DNA of 64,000 nucleotides from Pseudomonadota bacterium (GTDB lineage Bacteria; Desulfobacterota; Desulfobulbia; Desulfobulbales; JAGXFP01): NCBI GenBank assembly GCA_018823285.1, contig JAHJIQ010000063.1, positions 399 to 64,398 of the forward strand, read 5' to 3'. Shown piece by piece: positions 20,254 to 29,323 of this stretch (position 1 is its first letter; each line of letters starts with the position of its first letter). The notes under the pieces were generated by a model. It saw only the letters and a program-made list of their open reading frames with translations, ran no database searches and was not told where the DNA came from. The position numbers and the translations under genes were made by a program.

Positions 20254-20349
20254 TGTTTTTCCTGTGAACCAGAAGGCTGTTTTTATACCTTGCTGGTGAC
20301 GGCGTAAAACTGTTGCAGTTTTGTTATTCTATTTCGGGGATGATTTTTG

Positions 20350-20664
20350 ATGAGTGAAGACAAAGATGATTGTAACAAATGCCCTGAAGGTCAGGTGCTT
20401 CGTGACGGCAAATGTGTGATGCCGGAAGTCACGTTTACGGCCTTTGTCATGTCTTTAAACACTGCGGCTCTCTTTCATTTTGGAGAGCTTGCGGATCCTG
20501 AAACTGGGAAGACTGCACGTGATATTGTTCTTGCCAAGCATACGATCGATACCTTGAATCTGTTGAAGAAGATATCGGTAGGAAATCTCAGCAAGGATGA
20601 GGAGAACCTCCTGGAAACGGTTCTCTATGACCTGAAGATCCGCTATGTGAAAATTTCCGGGTGA
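20350..20664 (+). CDS. DUF1844 domain protein
   Basis: PEVTFTAFVMSL...AKHTIDTL...GNLSKDEENLL...LYDLKIRYV. Confidence 0.85.
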   Translation: MSEDKDDCNKCPEGQVLRDGKCVMPEVTFTAFVMSLNTAALFHFGELADPETGKTARDIVLAKHTIDTLNLLKKISVGNLSKDEENLLETVLYDLKIRYVKISG

Positions 20665-20685
20665 GACCATTTCCTCCCGGGTAAC

Positions 20686-20725
20686 AGGCCTGATCCTCTC
20701 TGTGAAGAGGCCCGGGCCTTTTTTT
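20686..20725 (+). terminator. Probable intrinsic terminator
   Basis: AGGCC...GGCCT outer stem and CCTCT/AGAGG inner stem, followed by a T run. Confidence 0.5.
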
Positions 20726-20768
20726 ATTTATATTCAGACAACAGTTGTTCCTCTGGCATCATAAGTCG

Positions 20769-21650
20769 ATGAGTGTAAAAAACCTGGTCATTAAAGCTCC
20801 TGCCAAAATCAATCTTTATCTCTCGGTTCTTTCCAGGAGGAATGATGGGTATCACGAGATTGATTCTCTGATGCAGAAGATCGATCTCTTTGATATTCTG
20901 ACAATCACTCCCGGCGGAAAAGGAATCAAGGTCGTTTGTCCAGGGGCAGAGCTCCCTGTAGATAAGGGAAATCTTGTCTGGCAGGCGGCACAACTTTTTT
21001 GCGATGAAATCGGCGCTGATTGCGGGGTTCAGATAATCTTGCAGAAGAACATTCCGATTGCTGCAGGCCTTGGAGGCGGAAGCAGTGATGCTGCTGCCGT
21101 TATCAAGGCATTGAACTCTTTGTATGGTGCCGGAATGAATCCGGTCCGGATGTCGGAATTGGCTGTGCAGCTGGGAGCCGATGTCCCGTTTTTCATTTAT
21201 GAAGGTCCGGCAGCCTTTGCCAGAGGGATCGGGGAGCGGCTGGAAGCGGCCTGTGGTCTTGGTGAATGCTGGGTTCTGCTGGTGAATCCCGGTTTCGCGG
21301 TATCGACTAAATGGGTATATGATAATTTAGCGTTGACATCTAAAGAGAATCCTAATATCTTGGCGTCCGGAAAAGACTGCCCATCTCATCTTATTTCCGC
21401 ATCAGGCGGCGCTTTTTCGCGTTTGCCCGAGCCATGTTTCTACAATGATCTTGAAACGGTGACCCTTGCCGGTTTTCCCGAGGTCAATGAATTGAAAGAG
21501 CGGATGTTGGCTGGTGGTGCCGAGATTTCCCTGATGACCGGGAGCGGCCCCACCGTATTTGGTGTTTTTTCCAAAGAGGAAAAGGCTCTGGACAGTTATC
21601 GGAGTTTTGCTGAACAATATGGCGCTGTTTATTTGACCAGACCCATGTAG
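20769..21650 (+). CDS. ispE: 4-diphosphocytidyl-2-C-methyl-D-erythritol kinase
   Basis: APAKINLYL, KNIPIAAGLGGGSSDAA, LGADVPFF and MTGSGPTVF. Confidence 0.97.
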   Translation: MSVKNLVIKAPAKINLYLSVLSRRNDGYHEIDSLMQKIDLFDILTITPGGKGIKVVCPGAELPVDKGNLVWQAAQLFCDEIGADCGVQIILQKNIPIAAGLGGGSSDAAAVIKALNSLYGAGMNPVRMSELAVQLGADVPFFIYEGPAAFARGIGERLEAACGLGECWVLLVNPGFAVSTKWVYDNLALTSKENPNILASGKDCPSHLISASGGAFSRLPEPCFYNDLETVTLAGFPEVNELKERMLAGGAEISLMTGSGPTVFGVFSKEEKALDSYRSFAEQYGAVYLTRPM

Positions 21651-21700
21651 ATCGGGCATTCTTGTTCCGGTAGTACTCATACTGAAACGCTTGGTTCTGC

Positions 21701-21775
21701 TGGGGCGTCGTCAAGCGGTAAGACACAGGCCTTTGACGCCTGCATTCATAGGTTCGAATCCTATCGCCCCAGCCA
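21701..21775 (+). tRNA. tRNA-Gln (anticodon TTG)
   Basis: 75 nt TGGGGCGTCGTCAAGCGGTAAGAC...CTTTGAC...GGTTCGAATCC...CCA, in the conserved ispE-tRNA-Gln-prs order. Confidence 0.97.
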
Positions 21776-21800
21776 TCATTAAATTGAGAGCGGAGTTATA

Positions 21801-22742
21801 ATGCTGAATAAAATGAAACTTTTCGCCGGCAATGCCAACCAGCCCCTGGCCCAAGAGATCTGCGATTATCTGGAAATGCCGTTATCCGCTGCTGAAGTGA
21901 GGACCTTTAGTGACGGCGAGATTTTTGTAGAGATCGGGGAGAATGTCCGTGGTACCGATGTTTTTGTTATTCAGCCGACCTGTCCACCGGTCAATGATCA
22001 TCTGATGGAACTCGTGATCATGGTCGATGCCCTGCGCAGAGCTTCAGCGAGACGAATTACCGCAGTCGTTCCATATTATGGGTATGCCAGACAGGACAGA
22101 AAGGTTGCTCCTCGTGTGCCGATAACGGCCAAGGTCGCGGCGGAAATGATGATGGTGGTAGGGGTAAGAAGGGTTCTGGCCATGGACCTTCATGCGGGTC
22201 AGATTCAGGGATTTTTCAATATCCCGGTCGACCATCTCTACGCAGCGCCGATTCTTGTTAAATATATCAAGGAAGAGATCAAAAATGATATCATCATGGT
22301 TTCTCCTGATGCTGGCGGTGTTGAAAGAACGAGGGCTTACGCGAAAAGGCTTGATGCCGATCTGGCGATCATCGACAAGCGCCGGGAAAGAGCCAATGTG
22401 GCGCAGGCCATGAATGTCATCGGTGACGTTCGTGGTAAAAAAGCGATTATTCTCGATGACATGGTCGATACCGCAGGCACCCTTTGCGCTGCTGCCGACA
22501 TGCTGGTCGGGGCAGGGGCCAAAGAGGTTTATGCCTGCTGCTCGCATGGGGTCCTGTCAGGGCCGGCAATAGAAAGGATCGAGAATTCACAGATAAAAAA
22601 TCTGGTGATAACCAACAGTGTCCCGTTGCGTGGAAGCGCAATTGATTGTAAGAAAATCAAGGTTTTGTCCATCGGAAATTTGCTTGGTGAAGCCATTAAA
22701 CAGATTCACAATGAAGAATCGGTCAGTTCTTTATTTGTTTGA
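21801..22742 (+). CDS. prs: Ribose-phosphate pyrophosphokinase
   Basis: [27 protein letters not shown] and DDMVDTAGT. Confidence 0.98.
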   Translation: MLNKMKLFAGNANQPLAQEICDYLEMPLSAAEVRTFSDGEIFVEIGENVRGTDVFVIQPTCPPVNDHLMELVIMVDALRRASARRITAVVPYYGYARQDRKVAPRVPITAKVAAEMMMVVGVRRVLAMDLHAGQIQGFFNIPVDHLYAAPILVKYIKEEIKNDIIMVSPDAGGVERTRAYAKRLDADLAIIDKRRERANVAQAMNVIGDVRGKKAIILDDMVDTAGTLCAAADMLVGAGAKEVYACCSHGVLSGPAIERIENSQIKNLVITNSVPLRGSAIDCKKIKVLSIGNLLGEAIKQIHNEESVSSLFV

Positions 22743-22813
22743 CCACTACTCCGGTCCGTCCGGAACACAGTAAATAATTTTTATTGAGTTATTAATTCAG
22801 GAGGCAATACACA

Positions 22814-23482
22814 ATGTTAAAGTTTGATATTGACGCTAATGTCAGGACTACACACGGGAAAGGTGCAGCCCGGACTTTGAGGAGAGATGGTCAGACCCCT
22901 GCGGTACTCTACGGTTCAGGCGGTGATGCTGTTTCACTTGAACTCAACACCAGGGTTTTCACCAAAACCCTTCATCAGATCAAACGGCGGAATGCTGTAA
23001 TCAGCCTCGCCGTTGCTGATGGTAAGAAAAAGAAAGTGACTCATCATGTGATGATCAAGGAGATTCAGGTCGATCCGGTCAAAGACACCCCGGTTCATGC
23101 GGATTTCTGCGCGGTTGATCTTGAAACTCCTATAGTTCTTGCGGTGCCGCTTCGTTTCTCGGGAAAGGCAAAAGGCGTTGAGCTTGGCGGTTTTATGAAT
23201 ATTTCAATGCACAAGGTCAATCTGAAGGGTCTGATCATGGACATCCCCGATTTCATCGAACTGGATGTTTCCCAGATGAATATCGGAGACCACCTGATCT
23301 GCAAATCACTGACCATCCCAGGGAATGTTGAGATCCTTGAAGACCCTGAAAGAACTTTTGTGTCCATAGTTGATGCTTCCAAATCCTCCGCTGAAGGTGC
23401 AGAAGGTGCAGATGCTGCAGGGACAACAGCTCAAGGTGGTTCTGAGCAGGCTGCCGGAGAGGAAGAAAAGGGTGCCGAGTAA
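22814..23482 (+). CDS. rplY: 50S ribosomal protein L25/Ctc
   Basis: GKGAARTLRR, PAVLYG and HADF; follows prs. Confidence 0.95.
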   Translation: MLKFDIDANVRTTHGKGAARTLRRDGQTPAVLYGSGGDAVSLELNTRVFTKTLHQIKRRNAVISLAVADGKKKKVTHHVMIKEIQVDPVKDTPVHADFCAVDLETPIVLAVPLRFSGKAKGVELGGFMNISMHKVNLKGLIMDIPDFIELDVSQMNIGDHLICKSLTIPGNVEILEDPERTFVSIVDASKSSAEGAEGADAAGTTAQGGSEQAAGEEEKGAE

Positions 23483-23511
23483 TTCTCTTCTCCTTCGAAA
23501 TTTAGATATTC

Positions 23512-23546
23512 AGCCGGGGAATGACAGTTCATTTCCCGGCTTTTTT
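23512..23546 (+). terminator. Intrinsic terminator after rplY
   Basis: AGCCGGGGAATGA/TCATTTCCCGGCT stem followed by a T run. Confidence 0.8.
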
Positions 23547-23562
23547 ATTTCTGGAGCACACG

Positions 23563-24135
23563 ATGATTATTGTTGCCGGACTTGGTAATCCCGGACTGCA
23601 GTATACAGAAACCAGGCATAATGTCGGTTTCATGTTCCTCGACTATCTGGCCTCTGAAGCAAATGCCCACTTCCGTGATTCAAAATGGGATGCCGATGTT
23701 GTCAAAACCCTGTTGTGGCAGCTCCCGGTTCTCCTGGTCAAACCAACAACCTTTATGAATCTGAGCGGCAAGGCGATCGGCCAGATCGCCGCCTATTACC
23801 AGGTGCCGCCGGAAAAGATTATCATTATTCATGATGATCTCGACCTTGAACCCGGCAGGATCAAAATATTTTTTGATCGAGGGCATGGTGGGCATAATGG
23901 GATCAGGTCGATAATAGAGTCCCTTGGCACAAAGGAATTCGTAAGACTCAAGATCGGAATCGGTCGGCCGCCGGAGAAAATGAAACCTTCAGCGTTTGTT
24001 TTATCAAAGTTCAGTGGGGAGGAACTTCTCTCGGTGCGTGAAGGTTTTTCCTTTATGGCTGGGGCAATACGTCTGATTGCCGAGGAGGGAGTGATCAAGG
24101 CGATGAATTCTGTGAATAAAAAAAAGAACAGCTGA
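23563..24135 (+). CDS. pth: Peptidyl-tRNA hydrolase
   Basis: GLGNPG, TRHNVGF, KPTTFMNLSG, HDDLD and GHGGHNGIRS. Confidence 0.97.
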   Translation: MIIVAGLGNPGLQYTETRHNVGFMFLDYLASEANAHFRDSKWDADVVKTLLWQLPVLLVKPTTFMNLSGKAIGQIAAYYQVPPEKIIIIHDDLDLEPGRIKIFFDRGHGGHNGIRSIIESLGTKEFVRLKIGIGRPPEKMKPSAFVLSKFSGEELLSVREGFSFMAGAIRLIAEEGVIKAMNSVNKKKNS

Positions 24136-24292
24136 ATTATTTCCTGTCTAACCCGGGGAAATAATTATCTATTTCCGAATACTGAGAGACGAACTTGTTA
24201 GATTTCCAAACTTTTTTCAGAAAATCGGGCCGAAATATGTTATAATGCATTTTCGTTCCTAAAAATTCTACGAAATAGACAAAGGTTGACAA

Positions 24293-24769
24293 ATGTTCAA
24301 ATGCGGAGACATGGCAGTCTATCCTGCCCACGGTGTAGGCCAGATCGAATCTATCGAAAACAAAACAATCGGGGATGCCAATCAATCGTTTTATGTGATG
24401 AAGATCATCGAAACCGGAATGGTCGTGATGATTCCAACCACCGGGAAATCGACTGGTCTCAGAAACATTATTCCATCCAAGGAAGTTGAGAAAGTCTACG
24501 ATATACTTCGGCAAAAAGATATCGTGATCAAGGCGCAACCCTGGAATCAGCGTTACCGCGATTACATGCAGAAAATCAAAACAGGATCTGTTTATGAAAT
24601 TGCTTCTGTACTCCGTGATCTGAATGTCCTGAGCAGCGACAAGTCTCTTTCATTCGGAGAAAGGAAGATGATGGATACCGCAAAAAGCCTTCTTGTCAAA
24701 GAGATCGCCATTGCCAACGAGACCAAAGAGGACAAGGTTGAAAAAGACCTTGAGAATATTTTTTCCTGA
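24293..24769 (+). CDS. carD: CarD/CdnL transcription regulator
   Basis: VYPAHGVG and the conserved Trp in QPWNQRYR; LSFGERKM. Confidence 0.95.
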   Translation: MFKCGDMAVYPAHGVGQIESIENKTIGDANQSFYVMKIIETGMVVMIPTTGKSTGLRNIIPSKEVEKVYDILRQKDIVIKAQPWNQRYRDYMQKIKTGSVYEIASVLRDLNVLSSDKSLSFGERKMMDTAKSLLVKEIAIANETKEDKVEKDLENIFS

Positions 24770-24793
24770 TTGTTGTTTCAACTCTGAGTGCCG

Positions 24794-24829
24794 GCCCGCC
24801 GTATTTGTTACGGCGGGCTTTTTTTTTTT
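24794..24829 (+). terminator. Intrinsic terminator after carD
   Basis: Perfect 10-bp stem GCCCGCCGTA/TACGGCGGGC followed by T11. Confidence 0.92.
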
Positions 24830-24894
24830 GCATTCCATAAGGTTTGCTGCTTCAAGTATTCCAAATTATAAAGTTAATCGTTATTATCCTCCCC

Positions 24895-25875
24895 ATGATT
24901 GAATTGAAAACACATAAAGACAAACCATCCCTCCATACTTTTGGCATTGAGAAAAGTAATGAGGGACAGCGGCTCGATGCCTTTCTCGCATTAAAATTGC
25001 AGGATGATGTTTTGAGCCGCTCAAGGATCAAGAGTCTTCTCAGTGACGGATTTGTTCTGCTGAATGGAATCCCGGCCAAACCCGCCGCACGACTGAGGTC
25101 TGGAGATCGTCTTCAGGTCACCATCCCGCAACTGGCATCTGTTGCATTGATCCCCGAACAGCTTGAGCTGAACGTTCTGTTCGAGGATCAAGACCTGATT
25201 GTCATATCAAAACCTCCGGGGCTTGTTGTGCATCCCGGCGCCGGTCATCAAACTTCTACCCTTGTCCATGGACTTTTATTTCACTGTGATGATCTTTCAG
25301 GGATAAGTGGTGAAGAGAGGCCTGGTATTGTGCATCGTCTGGACAAGGATACCTCCGGGGTCATGGTTGCAGCCAAAAATGATCAGGCTCATCAGGGTCT
25401 TGTTGATCAGTTCAAGGGGCGGGAAGTTACAAAGATTTATCGGGCAATTGTCTGCGGCGTACCGGCTGCAAAAAAGGGTCGGATTGATCTTCCCATCGGC
25501 AGGCACAAAACCAATCGACGCAAGATGGCGGTGAGGGAAAAAGATGGGCGCCAGGCTGCAACCAACTGGCAGGTTCTTGAAGAGTTTTCCGAGAATTTCG
25601 CTTATGTAGAGTTGCTGCTTGAAAGCGGCAGAACTCACCAGATACGCGTTCATATGGCTGCCATAGGTCACCCGGTGGTCGGTGACGAATTGTATGGCGG
25701 CAAGTGTCGTCCGAATATTGATCCCGATCTCATCAAACGGCAATGCCTGCACTCCTACCGGCTTGGTTTTACTCATCCGGTCAGCGGGCGATCCTTGGAA
25801 TTCAAGGCTGAGCTTTGGCCTGATATGAACAGGGTTCTGGAGAAGTTTCGCCAGAATAGTGATGGTTGTAAATGA
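24895..25875 (+). CDS. rluD: RluA-family pseudouridine synthase with S4 domain
   Basis: GQRLD, KPPGLVVHPG, GIVHRLDKDTSG and SGRTHQIRVH. Confidence 0.93.
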   Translation: MIELKTHKDKPSLHTFGIEKSNEGQRLDAFLALKLQDDVLSRSRIKSLLSDGFVLLNGIPAKPAARLRSGDRLQVTIPQLASVALIPEQLELNVLFEDQDLIVISKPPGLVVHPGAGHQTSTLVHGLLFHCDDLSGISGEERPGIVHRLDKDTSGVMVAAKNDQAHQGLVDQFKGREVTKIYRAIVCGVPAAKKGRIDLPIGRHKTNRRKMAVREKDGRQAATNWQVLEEFSENFAYVELLLESGRTHQIRVHMAAIGHPVVGDELYGGKCRPNIDPDLIKRQCLHSYRLGFTHPVSGRSLEFKAELWPDMNRVLEKFRQNSDGCK

Positions 25876-25876
25876 G

Positions 25877-26524
25877 ATGATAATGAATGGCAGGAATATC
25901 TTTATCATTGGACTCACAGGAGGAATAAGCTCCGGCAAGAGTACAGTTGCCGATATCTTTCAGGAACACGGCATCAAGGTTGTTGATGCCGATATGGTGG
26001 GTCGTGAATTGCTGGAACCACATCGCTCCTGCTGGCAGGTTCTGAAGTATGAGTTCGGAGAGACGTTTTTTGACGAAGACAAACGGGTTGACCGGGCCGC
26101 ACTCCGGAAAGCGATTTTTTCCGATGAAGAAACCAGAAACCAGGTCAACAAACTTTTTCATCCCCTTATCCGGACAGGGATTCAAAGGATACTGGAACAG
26201 TACGCCAACACCCTTGAAAGTGGTGACCGGAACAAAATCGTGATCGTAGAAGTTCCTCTCCTTTTTGAATCCGGATGGATTGCCGACTTTGACTGGATCA
26301 TAGTCGTTTACGCGGATCGGGAAAAATGCCTTGAACGTTTGATGGCCAGGGATCGGGTCAGCCGGGCTGAGGCGGAAGCCGCCATCATGGCTCAAATGCC
26401 TCTGGCACAAAAAATTGAGTTGGCCGACTCGGTAATTGATAACAGCGGAGGTCTTGAGTGGACCAGGCGACAGGTGGAAAAGGAATTGAAAGAGATCGTG
26501 GCTTCCCGATCAAACTTAAGTTGA
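25877..26524 (+). CDS. coaE: Dephospho-CoA kinase
   Basis: GLTGGISSGKST, DAD, EVPLLFE and AQMP. Confidence 0.96.
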   Translation: MIMNGRNIFIIGLTGGISSGKSTVADIFQEHGIKVVDADMVGRELLEPHRSCWQVLKYEFGETFFDEDKRVDRAALRKAIFSDEETRNQVNKLFHPLIRTGIQRILEQYANTLESGDRNKIVIVEVPLLFESGWIADFDWIIVVYADREKCLERLMARDRVSRAEAEAAIMAQMPLAQKIELADSVIDNSGGLEWTRRQVEKELKEIVASRSNLS

Positions 26525-26611
26525 TCCACCTGTCTGCTCGCACCGATCCACAGGCCGGTGAGACATCAAGCTGTATGCCCGAATGGCGAATGAGCTGTGA
26601 TCATCGATAAA

Positions 26612-27589
26612 TCACATAAGATCCCAGCCCCAGTATTCGAGGAATGTCGGAAAGTTCCAGATATTGGATTTGCGGCGAGCCCAGAATTTGAGGCTTGTGT
26701 AAAAAACTCTCCCGGTTACTTCTTCAGGTCCCAGGGCCTTATCGACCCCGATGAACGGATCAATGGCCCACCAGCTCATGAAAGCCATTTCCAGAGGCTT
26801 GTGACTTTCTCGTACATACCCTTTCCGGACACCTTCCGTTTCAAAAAATGAAAGTGTCCCTGATCCGGCGGGAAGTCGGGTGAGGTCATCCATCGGCTTG
26901 AGAGAGCTGGCTTCGGTTTGCGTTGCGGGGTCTTCGCTGGAAGCAAATCGGAGGTCTTTCACCCGGTGATTTTTGCTTCTGATGGTCAAGATGAGTTTTT
27001 CGCCTGGGTTTTTATCATCGCCGGTTTTCAGGAGGCCGGGTAAACTTTCTCCATACACATCCACGCGGTCAAAACTCCACCAGCCCGGCACTCCTGCCGG
27101 ATCGAACTTGTCGGTGGGGATGATGGCCAGGTAACAGCCGCAGGTATGCAGGGTCGATACCAGCAGGGGCTCTTCCCTGTCATTGATGGTGATGTAGACC
27201 AGGAGGCCGACATTTTTTCCGCTGGTCAGTCCGGGAAAGGGGGTTTCCGGGAAATGGATTCTGTAGATCAGGTTTGCATACTTTTTTTCGCCAATGGTGA
27301 ATTCCTGTTTCAAGGCGTAGTAGGTCGAGTGCGAGGTGTCTATATAGGCTTTAAAATCATCGGCTGATTTTTTTCTGAAGGCCGGGGTGCCGATTCGGTT
27401 GTAGTTGCGATCGGATTCCTCGACCAGAAAGACCGGGGCGAATCTTTCGAGCAGGGTGTCGCCCTCCGGGCTATGCCGATAGAGAGTTTGATTTCCTGCA
27501 ATATCCGAAGGAGTTGTGACGGCACAACCTGCGGGCAGCAGAAGGACGACAACCAGGGAAATGATTCTGCAGAAGGAGTATCGATTCAT
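26612..27589 (-). CDS. Hypothetical lipoprotein
   Basis: Lipobox LPAGC after a hydrophobic signal; 325-aa ORF starting 3 bp after the rtcB stop. Confidence 0.75.
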   Translation of the reverse strand: MNRYSFCRIISLVVVLLLPAGCAVTTPSDIAGNQTLYRHSPEGDTLLERFAPVFLVEESDRNYNRIGTPAFRKKSADDFKAYIDTSHSTYYALKQEFTIGEKKYANLIYRIHFPETPFPGLTSGKNVGLLVYITINDREEPLLVSTLHTCGCYLAIIPTDKFDPAGVPGWWSFDRVDVYGESLPGLLKTGDDKNPGEKLILTIRSKNHRVKDLRFASSEDPATQTEASSLKPMDDLTRLPAGSGTLSFFETEGVRKGYVRESHKPLEMAFMSWWAIDPFIGVDKALGPEEVTGRVFYTSLKFWARRKSNIWNFPTFLEYWGWDLM

Positions 27590-27591
27590 TT

Positions 27592-28752
27592 TCAGCCCTT
27601 TACAACCGCCAGTGGGGTAAGTTCGGTTGCTATTTCCACCAGGTCCTGCTGGTCGTTCAGGACTGTTTCAATATCCTTATACGCCCCGGCGGCTTCGTCA
27701 AGGTCCTGTCTCTTCCTGATGGAGTGGATGACTCCCATCCGGTCAAGTCTTCCTATTTCCAGGTCAAGGTCAAGCTCTCTCTGGGCCTGTTTGCGGCCGA
27801 GTCTGCGGCCTGCGCCATGAGCGCATGACCGGAAACTTTCCTCGTTTCCCTTGCCCCTGACCAGATAACTTTTGCTCCCTTGCGATCCCGGGATGATTCC
27901 GGGTTCACCGGCAAAAGCCCGGGTGGCCCCTTTCCTGTGGATTACCAGGTTGCGACCGTAATGGGTTTCTTCGGCAGCATAATTATGGGCGACATTGATC
28001 GTGCTTCCAAACTCGACGGGTCCGGCGATCTCTTGGACAATCTCTTTGGTCCTCTCCATCATCAGATTCCGGTTGGCCAGAGCGAAATTCACACAATAAT
28101 TCATTTCCCGCAAGTAATTCCGCCCGTCATTGCTCAGCAAGGGAAGGCTCGCCAGCTGCCATTGTTTTGGAACCGCGCCTTTCTGTCCCCGGCAGAGGTT
28201 TTCTGCAAGTTTGTTATAGTGCGCGGCCACCCGGTACCCGATATTCCGGCTCCCGGAATGAATCATCAACCAGATAAACCCATCATCACCCTGCTGAATT
28301 TCGATAAAGTGATTCCCGCCGCCAAGAGTTCCAAGCTGCTTCAGACCATTCTGGAATTCCGCTTCGACTATCGGCATTTCACCGAGAGTTTCAGGCATCA
28401 GTTTTTTATCTTGTGGAGAGCTGTGATGTTTGAAACCCACCGGAATGTTTTCCCTGATCCCTGCCAGAATCTGTTTCAGGCTTTGGTGATCGAGATGTTC
28501 ACGGGAGGTTCTGACCGCACAGACCCCGCAGCCGATATCGACTCCTACCCCATTTGGCACCACGACCCCCAGGGTTGCAAGCACTCCGCCGATTGGCATC
28601 CCGTATCCCTGGTGGGCGTCAGGCATAATGGCGATATGGCCAAAAGAAAAGGGCAGGTTGGCGAGATTTCTGGCCTGTTCCATGGCCCCCGGCTCAATAT
28701 TGTCAAGCCACAATTTAATCGGGATCTTTTCGCTGCAGATAATCTGTTTCAT
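27592..28752 (-). CDS. rtcB: RtcB family RNA ligase
   Basis: MPDAHQGYGMPIGG, VDIGCG, GGGNHFIE, HSGSR, HRKGA and HGAGR. Confidence 0.95.
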   Translation of the reverse strand: MKQIICSEKIPIKLWLDNIEPGAMEQARNLANLPFSFGHIAIMPDAHQGYGMPIGGVLATLGVVVPNGVGVDIGCGVCAVRTSREHLDHQSLKQILAGIRENIPVGFKHHSSPQDKKLMPETLGEMPIVEAEFQNGLKQLGTLGGGNHFIEIQQGDDGFIWLMIHSGSRNIGYRVAAHYNKLAENLCRGQKGAVPKQWQLASLPLLSNDGRNYLREMNYCVNFALANRNLMMERTKEIVQEIAGPVEFGSTINVAHNYAAEETHYGRNLVIHRKGATRAFAGEPGIIPGSQGSKSYLVRGKGNEESFRSCAHGAGRRLGRKQAQRELDLDLEIGRLDRMGVIHSIRKRQDLDEAAGAYKDIETVLNDQQDLVEIATELTPLAVVKG

Positions 28753-28873
28753 CCCTCATTTATAAGCAGTCTGAAGGAGAAAAGTCCAGTTCGATCTGGG
28801 CAGAAAATCGTCCGGGGTTATATGGGGGCTGGTTTTGGTATAAAACGAAGAATCGGATAATCGGAACTTCAAT

Positions 28874-29299
28874 CTAATTTTCAGGGTTGATATAGTCCGG
28901 AGCGGCAATGGTTGATCTCTCCAGAAAACGGCCGATTTTCTTGTCTTCCTGGGTGATGTGGTGCATCAGCCATTCGGTCAGGAAATCGATCAGTTCCATG
29001 GCATTGAAGGATTTCCCTTTTTTAAGCCGGATCAGTATTTCCGTGATATCACCGATCAGCTTTTTGTGAATCCGCCGGTGCTGTTCGAGATCCGGATAGC
29101 CGATCTGGTTCATCAGGGATTCCTCATCGGCGAAGTGGGTTCGGGTGTAATCCACCAGAAATTTGATGGTTTCACCGGTCTGGCTTCTTTCCGCATCGGT
29201 TGAGAGCGCCTTCTGCAGCTTGCTGACCATGGTCACAAGCTCCCGGTGTTGTTCATCGATCAGCTTTATGCCGATATTGTAATTGTCGTACCATTCCAT
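28874..29299 (-). CDS. Single-domain bacteriohemerythrin
   Basis: IDEQH, HFADEE, HRRIH and WLMHHITQED di-iron ligands. Confidence 0.93.
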   Translation of the reverse strand: MEWYDNYNIGIKLIDEQHRELVTMVSKLQKALSTDAERSQTGETIKFLVDYTRTHFADEESLMNQIGYPDLEQHRRIHKKLIGDITEILIRLKKGKSFNAMELIDFLTEWLMHHITQEDKKIGRFLERSTIAAPDYINPEN

Positions 29300-29323
29300 A
29301 CTGGTTCCTTATCAGGTGCCGGT

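Noticed and set aside
15350-21775. Two tRNA-Gln genes as att repeats of an island
   Set aside because: They are distinct full isoacceptors (CTG and TTG) on opposite strands flanking core genes (cysS, serA, ispE).
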